Positions 46,664 through 57,020 of a stretch of DNA of 64,000 bases are shown here, in pieces (the first letter of the stretch is position 1; every line of letters starts with the position of its first letter). The notes below the pieces were generated by a model, which did not search any database, was not told the DNA's origin, and saw only the letters and a program-made list of their open reading frames with translations. This stretch comes from Spirochaetota bacterium. Lineage in GTDB: Bacteria; Spirochaetota; UBA4802; JAGODF01. Position numbers and translations under genes: made by a program. The stretch is taken from NCBI GenBank assembly GCA_026419015.1, contig JAOAAF010000001.1, forward strand, positions 28,283 through 92,282, given 5' to 3'.

Positions 46664-48066
46664 GAAAAGTGCGAAAAGGAAAAATTATTTTCGCAATATG
46701 TTCGGCAATATGCGCCATGTGCTTAGCGAAAAGCTTTGGGGTTGAAAACGGCGTTGAACAAAAATCGCAAGAACGTTTGATTGAAAAAAATAGTGAAATT
46801 AAAGATCCACGCGACAAAAGTGTGGACGAATTGCTCAAAGAACACATTGCGCGAGAGCGAAAAAAGGCGCGCTTTTCCGATAAAATTACTCCTGAAGAGC
46901 TAATGAGCTATTTGATAAAGAGAAAATGGTATAACGAACACGCATTTGTTGAAATGGAAGAGGCAACGTTGCGGAAAAAAGAAACCACTCGCCATGGCGA
47001 TGCTGACCTTTCGCAAATTAAAGAGAGCGCGCGCGCTGATATAAATAACATTGCAGTGATATTAGGAGAAATTCCTGCCAGTGGTCAAAAAGGAGTATTT
47101 GCACCTGTGTTTCTTTTAGATCGCAAAGGGGTTCTCTTTGGCAGTAGCGATTTTTCATTGAGTTGGGCAGGTTTAAAAGCAACCATGAAGCTTTCCCAGA
47201 AAAAATTTCCATGGGAAAAAACTACCCTCGAAGAGACATTTATTGGATCATTTTTATACGCTAGCGGTACCAACTTGGGTTTTATTAGTAGTGAATTTGG
47301 CGAAAATACAAAATTTTATACGAATTATATTTCAGAAATTGTGACGCTGAAATATAATTTTATTAAAAATTTCAATGTGTGCGTTTCGCTCGATTCGCGG
47401 CAGTATTTTTTTGTGAAAAAAACTGTCCCCGAAAATTTTGTTATGCCCCTTAATCATTTTAATGTATTTCCGCGGGTGGATGTGAATTTTTCCGATCTCA
47501 CAGAAAAGGGAATTGATCAAATCACCCATGGCGTTGGCATTTTTTCTTGGATTGGATATGGAGTGCGCAATAGGTGGGAAAAATGGGGAACACCGCCAAA
47601 CTACGAGATGGGAGAAGAAGCGAGAACATTTGTCATTTACTCATTTACCTTTATTGCGGGATATGCGAAGGATGATGATCACAATGTCGTAGGGCGCGTT
47701 CGCTATAAAGGAGGAAAGGACAACGATTTTTTAACAAGGCCGCGGTTTGGGGGGACAATCGACAATGCTCGCCTCGATGTTGTCCATGGATTTACTGTCG
47801 ATTCGTTTCGCGTCGATGCATTTTTTCTTGTGAATACATATTATGGATTTAATCTCACAAAGCGATTGCGCCTCACGCTGTATGTAGATGGGGCGCATAT
47901 GTTTGGAGAACAGAAAGGCGATGTAGGAGGAGTGGGCATTGGTCTTCGAGTCCTTGCATGGGGTGGTCTTCCGGTGTGGTTTACATATGGTATTGGAGCT
48001 CATTTGCAACCAGAACTGAGAGGACCAGAACAGGTTGTGATGCTCATGAGCGCCGCTGGGTGGTAA
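46660..48066 (+). CDS. Secreted protein, probable Omp85/two-partner-secretion-like or other outer-membrane beta-barrel
   Basis: A GTG start overlaps the upstream stop by 4 nt. It has a signal peptide (RKVRKGKIIFAICSAICAMCLA), a charged region of about 100 aa, then alternating beta-strand pattern. The C-terminus GVGIGLRVLAWGGLPVWFTYGIGAHLQ resembles Omp85-family terminal strands, and the last residue is W. Confidence 0.5.
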   Translation: MRKVRKGKIIFAICSAICAMCLAKSFGVENGVEQKSQERLIEKNSEIKDPRDKSVDELLKEHIARERKKARFSDKITPEELMSYLIKRKWYNEHAFVEMEEATLRKKETTRHGDADLSQIKESARADINNIAVILGEIPASGQKGVFAPVFLLDRKGVLFGSSDFSLSWAGLKATMKLSQKKFPWEKTTLEETFIGSFLYASGTNLGFISSEFGENTKFYTNYISEIVTLKYNFIKNFNVCVSLDSRQYFFVKKTVPENFVMPLNHFNVFPRVDVNFSDLTEKGIDQITHGVGIFSWIGYGVRNRWEKWGTPPNYEMGEEARTFVIYSFTFIAGYAKDDDHNVVGRVRYKGGKDNDFLTRPRFGGTIDNARLDVVHGFTVDSFRVDAFFLVNTYYGFNLTKRLRLTLYVDGAHMFGEQKGDVGGVGIGLRVLAWGGLPVWFTYGIGAHLQPELRGPEQVVMLMSAAGW

Positions 48067-48131
48067 AAAACGCTTGACGTGTGGTATTGTAAGAACTCAT
48101 AACTCATTAAAACTAACCAGTTGGTGATGCC

Positions 48132-48596
48132 ATGAAAGTGTTTGAGGGAAAATTAGATGCATCGGGATTGAAGTTTGCGATTGTGCTTTCAAGATTCAAT
48201 GAATTTATTACAAGCAGGCTTTTAAATGGTGCGATTGACTGTCTTACGCGGCACAATGCGCGAGAAGAAGATATTACCGTGGCATGGGTACCCGGCTCTT
48301 TTGAAATTCCTGCGATGACTCGAAAACTTGTGGATATGAAAAAGTTCGATGCCGTTATTTGCCTCGGTGCCGTGATTCGCGGTGCAACGCCACATTTCGA
48401 CTATGTTGCTGCAGAAGTTTCAAAAGGGATTGCCCAGATTAGCATTTCTTCACCGGTGCCTGTGATTTATGGTGTTCTCACGACCGATACGATTGAACAA
48501 GCGGTAGAACGAGCAGGCACAAAAGTGGGCAATAAAGGTTTTGACGCAGCGCTTGCAGCAATTGAGATGGCGAACTTATATCGACAGTTAACCTAA
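48132..48596 (+). CDS. ribH: 6,7-dimethyl-8-ribityllumazine synthase
   Basis: The full-length sequence is a lumazine synthase ([16 protein letters not shown]...[10 protein letters not shown]...[14 protein letters not shown]). Confidence 0.95.
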   Translation: MKVFEGKLDASGLKFAIVLSRFNEFITSRLLNGAIDCLTRHNAREEDITVAWVPGSFEIPAMTRKLVDMKKFDAVICLGAVIRGATPHFDYVAAEVSKGIAQISISSPVPVIYGVLTTDTIEQAVERAGTKVGNKGFDAALAAIEMANLYRQLT

Positions 48597-48599
48597 AGT

Positions 48600-49016
48600 A
48601 TGGGACATAGAAGAAAAGCGAGGGAATACGCTCTCCAGGCACTCTATATGTACGATACCGTGCAAAAAAGTGTGGATGAACTTGTGGAACTCTCATGGGT
48701 GGAAGCGCCTATGAGCGAGGAGATAAAGAATTTTGCTATTTCACTTATTCGAAATACAATTGCAAATATCGACACGATTGATGGCTATATTAAAAAGCAT
48801 TCAAAGAATTGGAGCTTTGAGAGAATCACCGCAGTGGACAAAGCGATCCTTCGCATCAGCATTTGCGAATTGATGTGCTATCCCGATATTCCACCTGCAG
48901 TGACGATCAACGAAGGCATAGAGCTTGGGAAAATATATGGGGGCGAAAATTCAGGACAATTCATAAATGGGATTTTGGATGCGGTTCGCCGCGAAGAAAT
49001 AAAAAAGGAAGGATAG
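48600..49016 (+). CDS. nusB: Transcription antitermination factor NusB
   Basis: RRKAREYALQALYMYD...WSFERITAVDKAILRIS is NusB-typical. It lies immediately downstream of ribH, a universally conserved pairing. Confidence 0.9.
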   Translation: MGHRRKAREYALQALYMYDTVQKSVDELVELSWVEAPMSEEIKNFAISLIRNTIANIDTIDGYIKKHSKNWSFERITAVDKAILRISICELMCYPDIPPAVTINEGIELGKIYGGENSGQFINGILDAVRREEIKKEG

Positions 49017-49023
49017 CAAGCAC

Positions 49024-51078
49024 GTGAATCCCTTTAAAAAAAATCGATTAACGCTTACCCAGGAAAATAAAGAAACTTCACCGCTGCATTCTGAAGAACC
49101 AGATAAAAAAGTGCGGATCAGTTCAATTGAGCCCGATGCATCCGAATCGAAAAATTTTCTAAAAGCCAAAAGCACATTTATTATCTCTGCGGTACTGGTT
49201 ATAATTGTATTGGGAGGGGTATTCTTCATTACTAAATTGTATCAACGTCCAACAGGATTTTTACAACCCCATGCGGAGAAAAGTTTGCACGATGCAGAAA
49301 AACGCCTGTTACCCGATGTGATTTCGGAAAATATTCATCTGCGCCGTGGAAAAGAAAGTTATTTTAAGGGATATTTCAACGATGCAATAGCAGAATTCAA
49401 GGAAGTAATTGAATCTTCTGCGTCGGATGCAGAAAAAGCAGTAGCGCTCACGTATATTGGCATCATTTCCGATGAACAGGGGAAAACTGATGAAGCAATA
49501 GAATATTATCGGCGCGCATTGCGCTTCAACGGTTCAGATCCTCTTATTTACCGAAATCTTGCAATTGCCTATCGACGCAAACAGGATTACGCTGCGGCGA
49601 AAGATGCAATTGAGCGGGCCATAAGCCTCGATCCACAGAACACAGGCAATAGAGTACTCTATGGCAATATTCTTTTTGAACAGCGCGATTACGCGGGTGC
49701 AAAAAAAATGTATCAGGAGGCATTGGAGCGCGATCCGGAAAATCCCTCTGCATTGTACAATCTTGGGATTGTTCTTTTAAAAAGCGGCGATAAGGTTTCG
49801 GGGATGGAATATCTAAAAAAAGCGGGAGAAGCTGACAAAATTGGAAAAGTTGCTCATATGTCGTATTCGAAGCTCGGCGTGCTGTATTCTTCAATGATGG
49901 ATTACAATTCTGCAGAAAAGTATTTGAAGATGGCAATTGCAGTAAACCCGACTGATCCGATCGATCGCTACAATATGGGGCTTGTCTATTTGAAAAAAAA
50001 CGATAAAGAGAAGGCCCTTGCGGAATTTTTAAAAGCGCAGGAACTGACACGAAACGATGCGCGCGTGCTTGAAGGATTGGGGGAGGCGTACTTTACGCTG
50101 AAAGAGTACGACAAAAGCCTTGAGATATATCATAAGCTTTCCGAGACTCTCAACCGCGATGCGAGGATTCTGTCCCGCATTGCAGAAATATATTACGAAA
50201 AGGGCGATTTGGGGAATGCATACGAATATTACAAAAAAATTACCATCATGGAACCAGCATCGGAAAATGCTCGAATTGCATATCTCAATATGGGCAATAT
50301 TATGGATGATGCGGGGCGCTATGAGGAAGCAATTGAAAGCTATAAAAAAGCATTGCTCATTTCCCCGAAAGATGATGCTGCATTGTACAACTTGGGTATT
50401 GCCTACAGACATGCTGGGAAGGTAGAACTTGCGTTGGAAGTATGGAAGAAGGCTGCTGACCTTAATCCCGAAAATCCGCGCCCTCTTTTGGCCATTGCTG
50501 ATTTTTATTACGAAAAGAAATATTTCGATCTTGCAATGGATGAGTATCAGAAAATACTTCGCCGATGGCCAAACATACAGGAAGCCCATTTTAATTTAGG
50601 CGCTGTGTATTATCATACCAATCAGCTCGATTATGCAATTGGCGAATATAAAAAGGTTCTCGAAATTAATGACCGCAATGATCTGGCACGGAAAGCGTTG
50701 GTGAATTTAGCAATTCTCACGTCGAAAAAGTCTGTCGATGAAAAGGGGATGGATGAAGCACTGCAGTATGCGCAAAAAGCATTGCTTTTAAAAGCAAATG
50801 ATCCAGAAGCGCTTTTCTCGTTGGGTGTCGTGTATTATCGGCGCGAAATGATCGATAAGGCAATCGATGTGATGTATCAGGTGGTGCGAGCGTCAAAAGA
50901 TGCAAAGAAAATTGCCGATGCGTACAATTACATTGGCATGGGCTATTTCAAAAAAGGAAGTTATCGAAAAGCGCTCCAGGCATTCAACCGCGGTGTTGAG
51001 GAAGATCCCTCCAACGAGGAATTGCGCGTAAACAGAAAAACTGCCGCCGATGCGTATGAACGCTCCCTTGGTGAATGA
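49024..51078 (+). CDS. Membrane-anchored tetratricopeptide-repeat (TPR) protein
   Basis: It has one N-terminal TM helix and about 14 TPR-like 34-residue repeats (W-LG-Y-A-Y...A-P patterns). A GTG start follows AAGGAAGGA. Confidence 0.75.
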   Translation: MNPFKKNRLTLTQENKETSPLHSEEPDKKVRISSIEPDASESKNFLKAKSTFIISAVLVIIVLGGVFFITKLYQRPTGFLQPHAEKSLHDAEKRLLPDVISENIHLRRGKESYFKGYFNDAIAEFKEVIESSASDAEKAVALTYIGIISDEQGKTDEAIEYYRRALRFNGSDPLIYRNLAIAYRRKQDYAAAKDAIERAISLDPQNTGNRVLYGNILFEQRDYAGAKKMYQEALERDPENPSALYNLGIVLLKSGDKVSGMEYLKKAGEADKIGKVAHMSYSKLGVLYSSMMDYNSAEKYLKMAIAVNPTDPIDRYNMGLVYLKKNDKEKALAEFLKAQELTRNDARVLEGLGEAYFTLKEYDKSLEIYHKLSETLNRDARILSRIAEIYYEKGDLGNAYEYYKKITIMEPASENARIAYLNMGNIMDDAGRYEEAIESYKKALLISPKDDAALYNLGIAYRHAGKVELALEVWKKAADLNPENPRPLLAIADFYYEKKYFDLAMDEYQKILRRWPNIQEAHFNLGAVYYHTNQLDYAIGEYKKVLEINDRNDLARKALVNLAILTSKKSVDEKGMDEALQYAQKALLLKANDPEALFSLGVVYYRREMIDKAIDVMYQVVRASKDAKKIADAYNYIGMGYFKKGSYRKALQAFNRGVEEDPSNEELRVNRKTAADAYERSLGE

Positions 51079-52250
51079 TGATGGAGTGTGGAAAAAAAAT
51101 CGATAGAGATTACCTTCACCAGTGCGAAGATGAACTTCTTTCGCCACTTGCAAGCCGTTCAAAATTTACGAAGGGAAGGCAATATCCCGAACAGCCACAT
51201 CCCTATCGCGCGGAGTTTCAACGCGATCGGGAGCGAATCATCCATTCGCGCGCATTTCGGAGATTGGAGTACAAGACACAGGTGTTTGTAAACCATGAGG
51301 GAGATCATTACCGCACAAGGCTTACGCACACGATCGAAGTGGCACAAATTGCGCGCTCAATTGCGCGCGCGCTTCGTTTGAACGAAGATTTAGCGGAAAG
51401 CATCGCACTTGCGCACGACTTAGGACATACTCCATTTGGGCATACCGGTGAAAATGTGTTAAACGATCTTTTGAAAGATGAAGGTGGATTTGAGCATAAT
51501 CGTCAAAGCCTGCGGGTAGTGGAAGTGCTTGAGGAACGATATTTGGAATTTCCTGGCCTTAATTTAACATGGGAAACTCGAGAAGGGATTATAAAACATT
51601 CATCGGCGTATGATCATCCTGAGGTACTTGAATTTGAACCAAAGGAAATGCCATCGTTGGAAGCACAGATAATTGATTATGCCGACGAGATTGCGTACAA
51701 CAATCACGATCTCGACGATGGCCTCTCCTCAGGAATGTTAAATTTAGAGCAAGTCTCTTCGCTTACAATATGGGAGAGGGCAATGCAAATTTCTGGCATC
51801 AAGGCGATTTGCCAGGATGAAAAAAAGCTCGCAGTGAGCAAAATAATTCGCACGATCATCAATATGCTCGTCACGGATTTAATTCACACAACGGCTGAAA
51901 CTGTTGGGGAAATGGGGCTTTTGGATTATCGCGATGTGCGCACTTGTGGGAGGCGAGTTGTTGGCTTTAGCGATGAAATCGCAGCAATGAACAACGAGCT
52001 TAAAGATTTTTTGCGCACGCATCTGTATCGCCACTATCGCGTGGTGAGGATGGGCATCAAAGCAGAAAAAGTGTTGCGAGAACTTTTTGAGATATACGTT
52101 GAATATCCCGAAGCGCTACCGGTAGATTATCAACGCCGAATAGGCAATGAAAGCCTTAAGCGGATCATTGCGGATTACATAGCAGGGATGACCGATCGCT
52201 ATGCAATGGAAGAACATCAGCGGCTTACCGATCCTATGATGCGTTCATAA
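51075..52250 (+). CDS. dGTP triphosphohydrolase-like HD-domain protein (Dgt family)
   Basis: The HD motif is HSRAFRRLEYKTQV...RLTHTIEVAQIARSIA...HDLGHTPFGHTGE. A 391-aa length fits the Dgt-like family. Confidence 0.85.
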   Translation: MMMECGKKIDRDYLHQCEDELLSPLASRSKFTKGRQYPEQPHPYRAEFQRDRERIIHSRAFRRLEYKTQVFVNHEGDHYRTRLTHTIEVAQIARSIARALRLNEDLAESIALAHDLGHTPFGHTGENVLNDLLKDEGGFEHNRQSLRVVEVLEERYLEFPGLNLTWETREGIIKHSSAYDHPEVLEFEPKEMPSLEAQIIDYADEIAYNNHDLDDGLSSGMLNLEQVSSLTIWERAMQISGIKAICQDEKKLAVSKIIRTIINMLVTDLIHTTAETVGEMGLLDYRDVRTCGRRVVGFSDEIAAMNNELKDFLRTHLYRHYRVVRMGIKAEKVLRELFEIYVEYPEALPVDYQRRIGNESLKRIIADYIAGMTDRYAMEEHQRLTDPMMRS

Positions 52251-52266
52251 CGATTGAGGACTGCAT

Positions 52267-52773
52267 ATGGATGGACAATATCCTGAAATACCAGAAGAAA
52301 TTAAAAAGCTGATTGAGTCGGGCGAAAAGATCGATGAGATTCGGCTCGATGCTGAAGGGAATTGGTTTCACAATGGCATTATGTTTACCAATGAAAGAAT
52401 AATCGATTTTTTTAACAAATCCATTAACAAAACAAAGGATGGGCAATACGTGCTTCACTACGGCAATTTTGTTTATCCAATTGTCGTTGAGGATGTTCCT
52501 TTTTTTATTACTGGTGTTCGCTTCGAGGGATTTGGACCATTTGAATCGGTCTACATCACAATAAAATCCAGAGGAGAAGAGTTGTTAGATCCTGAAACCC
52601 TTTATGTCGGGTCACAGAATGCATTATATTGTCGAATATATAACGGAGAGTTTCCCGCAAAATTTTTGCATTCCCCATCGTTTCAAATTTTAGATCGCCT
52701 TGAAGAAACAGACGATGTGTTTTATGTTCACATTGGTGGGAAAAGAATTATTCTTAAAGAAAAGTGCGATTAA
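52267..52773 (+). CDS. Hypothetical cytoplasmic protein, possibly DUF1285-like
   Basis: It is 168 aa, with the conserved-looking W.HNG...E.I..FF...I....G.YVL....F.YPI.VEDVPF pattern. It is the last gene of the ribH-nusB-TPR-dgt string and has the RBS GAGGA. Confidence 0.4.
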   Translation: MDGQYPEIPEEIKKLIESGEKIDEIRLDAEGNWFHNGIMFTNERIIDFFNKSINKTKDGQYVLHYGNFVYPIVVEDVPFFITGVRFEGFGPFESVYITIKSRGEELLDPETLYVGSQNALYCRIYNGEFPAKFLHSPSFQILDRLEETDDVFYVHIGGKRIILKEKCD

Positions 52774-54272
52774 TTTTTTTCTTCGATTTGGCTTTTTTCT
52801 TCGTGCGATTCAATCGGAAGAGGTTCCTTGTGTGAATTTGCTCGCACAATAGTGATGCCAGTATAGCCATAAAAAAGCGAAATGATTGGCGTGATGATGT
52901 TCAAAAACGCAAACGGCAAATACAAAATGGTTGGAACCCCGAGCGATGATGCCATAAAAGAGCCGCAGGTATTCCACGGGACAAGCGGAGAAGTGAGCGT
53001 GCCGCTATCTTCTAACGCCCGAGAAAGATTTTTACGATGTAACCCTTTTCCATCATAGATCTCTCGGTACATCCGCCCTGTGAGCACAATGGAAAGATAT
53101 TGGTCAGCCATAAGAAAGTTTGCCACAAAACACGTTCCCAGCGTTAAAGCGATGATATTCCCCGTGCTTTTTACCTTTTTTAAAATTGCCTGTGCGATGG
53201 AATGGAGCATGCCGCTTGCTTCCATGGCACCGGCGAAAAACATTGCAGAGAGAATGAGCCAGATGGTTGGGAGCATCGTTGCCATCCCACCTTTCGAGAG
53301 CAGTTCATCAACATCACGGCAGCCGGTGTGGGCCTTGTAGCCAAGCGTTGCTGTTTTCATGGTCACGCTGAAACTATGGCGTAAAGTGGCAAGCATGCTT
53401 TTGTCCGATGGATGGATGAAAAAATTGGGCTGAAAAATATACGCAAAGAGCAATCCAGTAATGATGCCAATCATGATTGCAGGGATTGCAGGAATTTTTC
53501 GTACCATCGCAAAAATTGTGATCGCGGGTGGGATGAGAAGATATAGCGATGTGTTGAAGTGCGATTGAATAATTTGAACAATTGCTTCGATGCGAGAAGA
53601 GTTGTTGTGTGGTGCCAATTGACCCATTCCGAGAAGAAAGAAGATAACCAGGGTGATGAGGAGTGCGGGTGTTGTGGTGTACACCATATGGCGGATATGT
53701 TCAAAAAGGCCGCATTCGGCCATTGAGGGTGCAAGATTTGTCGTCTCGGAAAAGGGGGACATCTTATCGCCAAAGTATGCACCCGAAACAATTGCGCCTG
53801 CTGTCATTGCTGAATTGATACCCGCTGCATTGCCAATGCCGATGAGGGCTACACCAATGGTGCCAGCAGTTGACCACGAGCTACCAGTTGCAAAAGAGAC
53901 AAGGCAGGTGATAAGGCAGGTAGCAAAAAGAAAGAGTTTCGGGTTGAGAATTTTCAAACCCAATACGATGATGGTTGGAACTACTCCCGCTAAAATCCAC
54001 ACTGAAATGAGCGTTCCAATTAACAGGAGAATAATGATTGCTTGAATGACATTGCTTGTTGTTGCAATGATGTTTTTTTCGATTGCATCCCATGAACATC
54101 CCCGCATCAGAGCAATCAATGCCGCGAAAAATCCACTTATGATGAGAGAAATTTGAGCGGCACCTTGTATGATTTCAGTGCGAAAAATGATCACGCTTAT
54201 GGATAACAATACGATGAGAACCATCGCGGGAATAATTGAGAGCCATAATGGTGTTGTAGAATTATTGGTCAT
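52770..54272 (-). CDS. Na+/H+ antiporter NhaC-family transporter
   Basis: The 500-aa polytopic protein contains segments similar to the NhaC family (GAIVSGAYFGDKMSPFSETTNLAPS). It has a short charged C-terminal tail. Confidence 0.65.
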   Translation of the reverse strand: MTNNSTTPLWLSIIPAMVLIVLLSISVIIFRTEIIQGAAQISLIISGFFAALIALMRGCSWDAIEKNIIATTSNVIQAIIILLLIGTLISVWILAGVVPTIIVLGLKILNPKLFLFATCLITCLVSFATGSSWSTAGTIGVALIGIGNAAGINSAMTAGAIVSGAYFGDKMSPFSETTNLAPSMAECGLFEHIRHMVYTTTPALLITLVIFFLLGMGQLAPHNNSSRIEAIVQIIQSHFNTSLYLLIPPAITIFAMVRKIPAIPAIMIGIITGLLFAYIFQPNFFIHPSDKSMLATLRHSFSVTMKTATLGYKAHTGCRDVDELLSKGGMATMLPTIWLILSAMFFAGAMEASGMLHSIAQAILKKVKSTGNIIALTLGTCFVANFLMADQYLSIVLTGRMYREIYDGKGLHRKNLSRALEDSGTLTSPLVPWNTCGSFMASSLGVPTILYLPFAFLNIITPIISLFYGYTGITIVRANSHKEPLPIESHEEKSQIEEKN

Positions 54273-54348
54273 TTGAATGAGTCCCTTTTTCTCATAGTTG
54301 AATTTATATTATTATATTGTGCTGTGGTTTTCATGTATGCGTTTACCA

Positions 54349-56337
54349 TTACATCATTTCGTACGGATCAATATCGATTTCAAGGTACACATCGTTGCTA
54401 GAAATTACATGGCGGCAGGTATGTATTACCTGTCGTGTGCGTTCCATATCTGAGCACTTAATGATTAGATGCCACCGGTAGTTGTTAGCAATTTTTAAGA
54501 TAGGTGCTGGGGATGGGCCAAGTATATCTGCAGGTACATTGCGCTTGCGGGCTTCTTCGCGAACCTTTGCAGCTAGTTGTGTAATAGATTCGTTTACTTT
54601 CTTTTCATCTTTCCCGCGCATAAGCAAGCGCACAATGCGTGAAAATGGAGGATATCGCAACTCCTTACGCGTGGCAAGTTCATGCCGATAAAATCCATCG
54701 TAATCGTGGCGTTTGAGATATTCGAAAATGGGGTGATTGATATTTAAGGTTTGAATAATTACTTTACCGGGCTTTTCGCGTCGCCCCGATCGACCTGCCA
54801 CCTGCATCAGAAGCGAAAAAGTTCTTTCCGTTGCGCGAAAATCGGGCATATTGATTCCGATATCTGCAAGTAGGACCCCAACGAGCGAAACGCGCGGGAA
54901 ATCGTATCCCTTCGCCACCATTTGTGTCCCTAAGAGCACATCGATTGAACCATCGCGCATTTTTTCAAGCAATTCAAACGAAGTGCGTTTTTTTCTTCTC
55001 GTATCTTGATCGAGCCTGAATACCCGAAGGCGAGGGATTTGTAACGGCAATATGTCTTCGATGCGCTGAGTTCCGCTTCCTACTTTTTTTATTTCCTGTG
55101 CACCGCAACTTGAGCACCTTTCGGAATACGGCTTTGAAAATCCACAGTAGTGGCAAAGCAGCATGTTATTTCGATGGAACGTAAGGCTTATGCTGCAATG
55201 TGGGCACGTTTCTGCTTTGTGGCAATTCTGACACATTACAATAGGAGAAAACCCACGCCGATTTAACAACAAAATTGCCTGCTCATTTTTTTCCTGTATT
55301 TTTTTTAGCCCAATTTTTAGCTCATTTGATAACATATGTTCTTTTGGAAGCGTTGATGAAATATCGATAATTTCGATTGAGGGAAGCGTTGCATTGCCGT
55401 ATCGTTTGACCATTTTGTGCAATGCGAATATCCCGCGTTCTGCGGCATAAAGGCTTTCAACAGAAGGGGTGGCTGAACCGAGAACGAGGAGCGCATTTTC
55501 ATTTTTTGCGCGATTGAGTGCCACGCGGCGCGCATTGTATCGCGGCGTGCTATGTTCTTTATAGGAAACATCGTGTTCTTCGTCTATAATAATCATCCCA
55601 AGGCGGGGACATTGCATAAAGATTGCCGAACGCGTTCCTACCGCAATCTTTGATTCACCGCGGTAGAATTTTAGCCAACTGTATAGGCGCTGTGGTGGGG
55701 TAAGACCGCTATGGTACAGTACCATCTCATCGCCGAAGTGATCGTATAACCGTTCGTAAATTTGCGATGAGAGCGAGATTTCAGGAACGCAATAGATAAC
55801 TGAAAATCCCTTCTGAATAAGCGCGCGCGCAAGGGCAATGTAAAGTTCGGTTTTCCCGCTTCCGGTAATGCCGTATACCAAATGCAATAAAGATTTTTTG
55901 TCTTTGCCTTCAAGGATTTTTTGGAAAATCGTTTGCTGTTCATCAGAAAGGATTACAGAATCTTTCGAGGGGTTGGGAAGTGGATTTTTAAATCTGCGCG
56001 ATGGCGTTTTCGCCGATGGCAGCATCATCGCGAACGCTTCGCCGGGGCTACAAAGATAATCGTGCGAGATGGACATGGCTAATTGGTATAACCGCTCGTC
56101 GAATATTGGTTCGTTATCGATGAGTTTTGAAATCTCTTTTATTTTTGTTTCTTCGACGTTTTCGGGTTTGTTTTTGTGAATGCCGATGACAAATCCCATC
56201 ATCGTTCTGTTATTAAAATTGACTTCAACGCGACAGAATTGCTTTACCGGCATATTTTTGGGGATACGATAGGTAAAAGAGTGCTCAAGAGGAACGTTCA
56301 CATAAACTTCGGCAAAGCAGTTTTCCTGTCCAGACAT
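54349..56337 (-). CDS. priA: Primosomal protein N' (replication restart helicase PriA)
   Basis: Walker A is GITGSGKTE, the DEAH-box is IIDEEHD, and the Cys4-Cys4 zinc-binding region is CQNCHKAETCPHC...CHYCG...CSSCG. The start overlaps the udg stop (TAATG). Confidence 0.9.
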   Translation of the reverse strand: MSGQENCFAEVYVNVPLEHSFTYRIPKNMPVKQFCRVEVNFNNRTMMGFVIGIHKNKPENVEETKIKEISKLIDNEPIFDERLYQLAMSISHDYLCSPGEAFAMMLPSAKTPSRRFKNPLPNPSKDSVILSDEQQTIFQKILEGKDKKSLLHLVYGITGSGKTELYIALARALIQKGFSVIYCVPEISLSSQIYERLYDHFGDEMVLYHSGLTPPQRLYSWLKFYRGESKIAVGTRSAIFMQCPRLGMIIIDEEHDVSYKEHSTPRYNARRVALNRAKNENALLVLGSATPSVESLYAAERGIFALHKMVKRYGNATLPSIEIIDISSTLPKEHMLSNELKIGLKKIQEKNEQAILLLNRRGFSPIVMCQNCHKAETCPHCSISLTFHRNNMLLCHYCGFSKPYSERCSSCGAQEIKKVGSGTQRIEDILPLQIPRLRVFRLDQDTRRKKRTSFELLEKMRDGSIDVLLGTQMVAKGYDFPRVSLVGVLLADIGINMPDFRATERTFSLLMQVAGRSGRREKPGKVIIQTLNINHPIFEYLKRHDYDGFYRHELATRKELRYPPFSRIVRLLMRGKDEKKVNESITQLAAKVREEARKRNVPADILGPSPAPILKIANNYRWHLIIKCSDMERTRQVIHTCRHVISSNDVYLEIDIDPYEMM

Positions 56338-57020
56338 TAACGCGCACCCTTTATGCTTTCGATATGTTTTTTTACTTCTTTAAGGGTGATCCATGCGCCT
56401 TTTTTTAACTCCACATTTTTCAAAATTGTTATAGGATGTTCAATATTGAACCACTTTGTGTTTTTTGAGGAATCGATAAATTTTTTTAATGGCACAATGT
56501 GTCCCATTACAATAACCGTATGAGGGGAAATTCTTTTAAATTCTTCTTCGAGAAATGGCGCACAGTTTTTATACATTGAACTTGGTTTGACATCAACATC
56601 GGGATCGCATTTTATTATATTGGTAATATAGCATTTTTCTGCTTCTAAATGAATAGCACCGAGCATTTTTTTTGTTAAATCCACTGCTTCGCTTTTAAGC
56701 ATACGCTTTTCTTCTGGGGTAATCAATCGCGGAGCGTTGAGAATCACCATCACTCCGTTTTCACCTGTCCCAAAACTTCTTTTTTTTCCAAGAGCGTTTC
56801 CACAACGAGTGCAAGAAGCAATTTCTGCAGCCAAGTTTTTTGCGCGAGGAGGATTGCAGGCAGACGGTTCAGTGCCATGAATCCATCTGGTGAGAAATTC
56901 TAATTCTTGTTGATTTTTATGAAGAATTATTCTCCCCCGCAATTGGTGATACTTTAAGTACTGTAGAATTTCATTGAAAATTTCGTTCATAGGAAAAAAT
57001 ATTACGAAAAATTGCGACAA
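56337..57020 (-). CDS. Uracil-DNA glycosylase, family 4 (UdgA-type, 4Fe-4S)
   Basis: The Cys motif is CTRCGNAL...FGTGE...VMVILNAPR...GHIV. The ORF-track start at 57020 is a TTG directly abutting the regulator stop; ATG 56990 is an alternative. Confidence 0.7.
   Translation of the reverse strand: MSQFFVIFFPMNEIFNEILQYLKYHQLRGRIILHKNQQELEFLTRWIHGTEPSACNPPRAKNLAAEIASCTRCGNALGKKRSFGTGENGVMVILNAPRLITPEEKRMLKSEAVDLTKKMLGAIHLEAEKCYITNIIKCDPDVDVKPSSMYKNCAPFLEEEFKRISPHTVIVMGHIVPLKKFIDSSKNTKWFNIEHPITILKNVELKKGAWITLKEVKKHIESIKGAR

Noticed and set aside
56990-57020. UDG N-terminal 10 aa (TTG start abutting the regulator stop)
   Set aside because: I could not decide between TTG 57020 and ATG 56990. Neither has a good Shine-Dalgarno sequence, so I reported the longer ORF.
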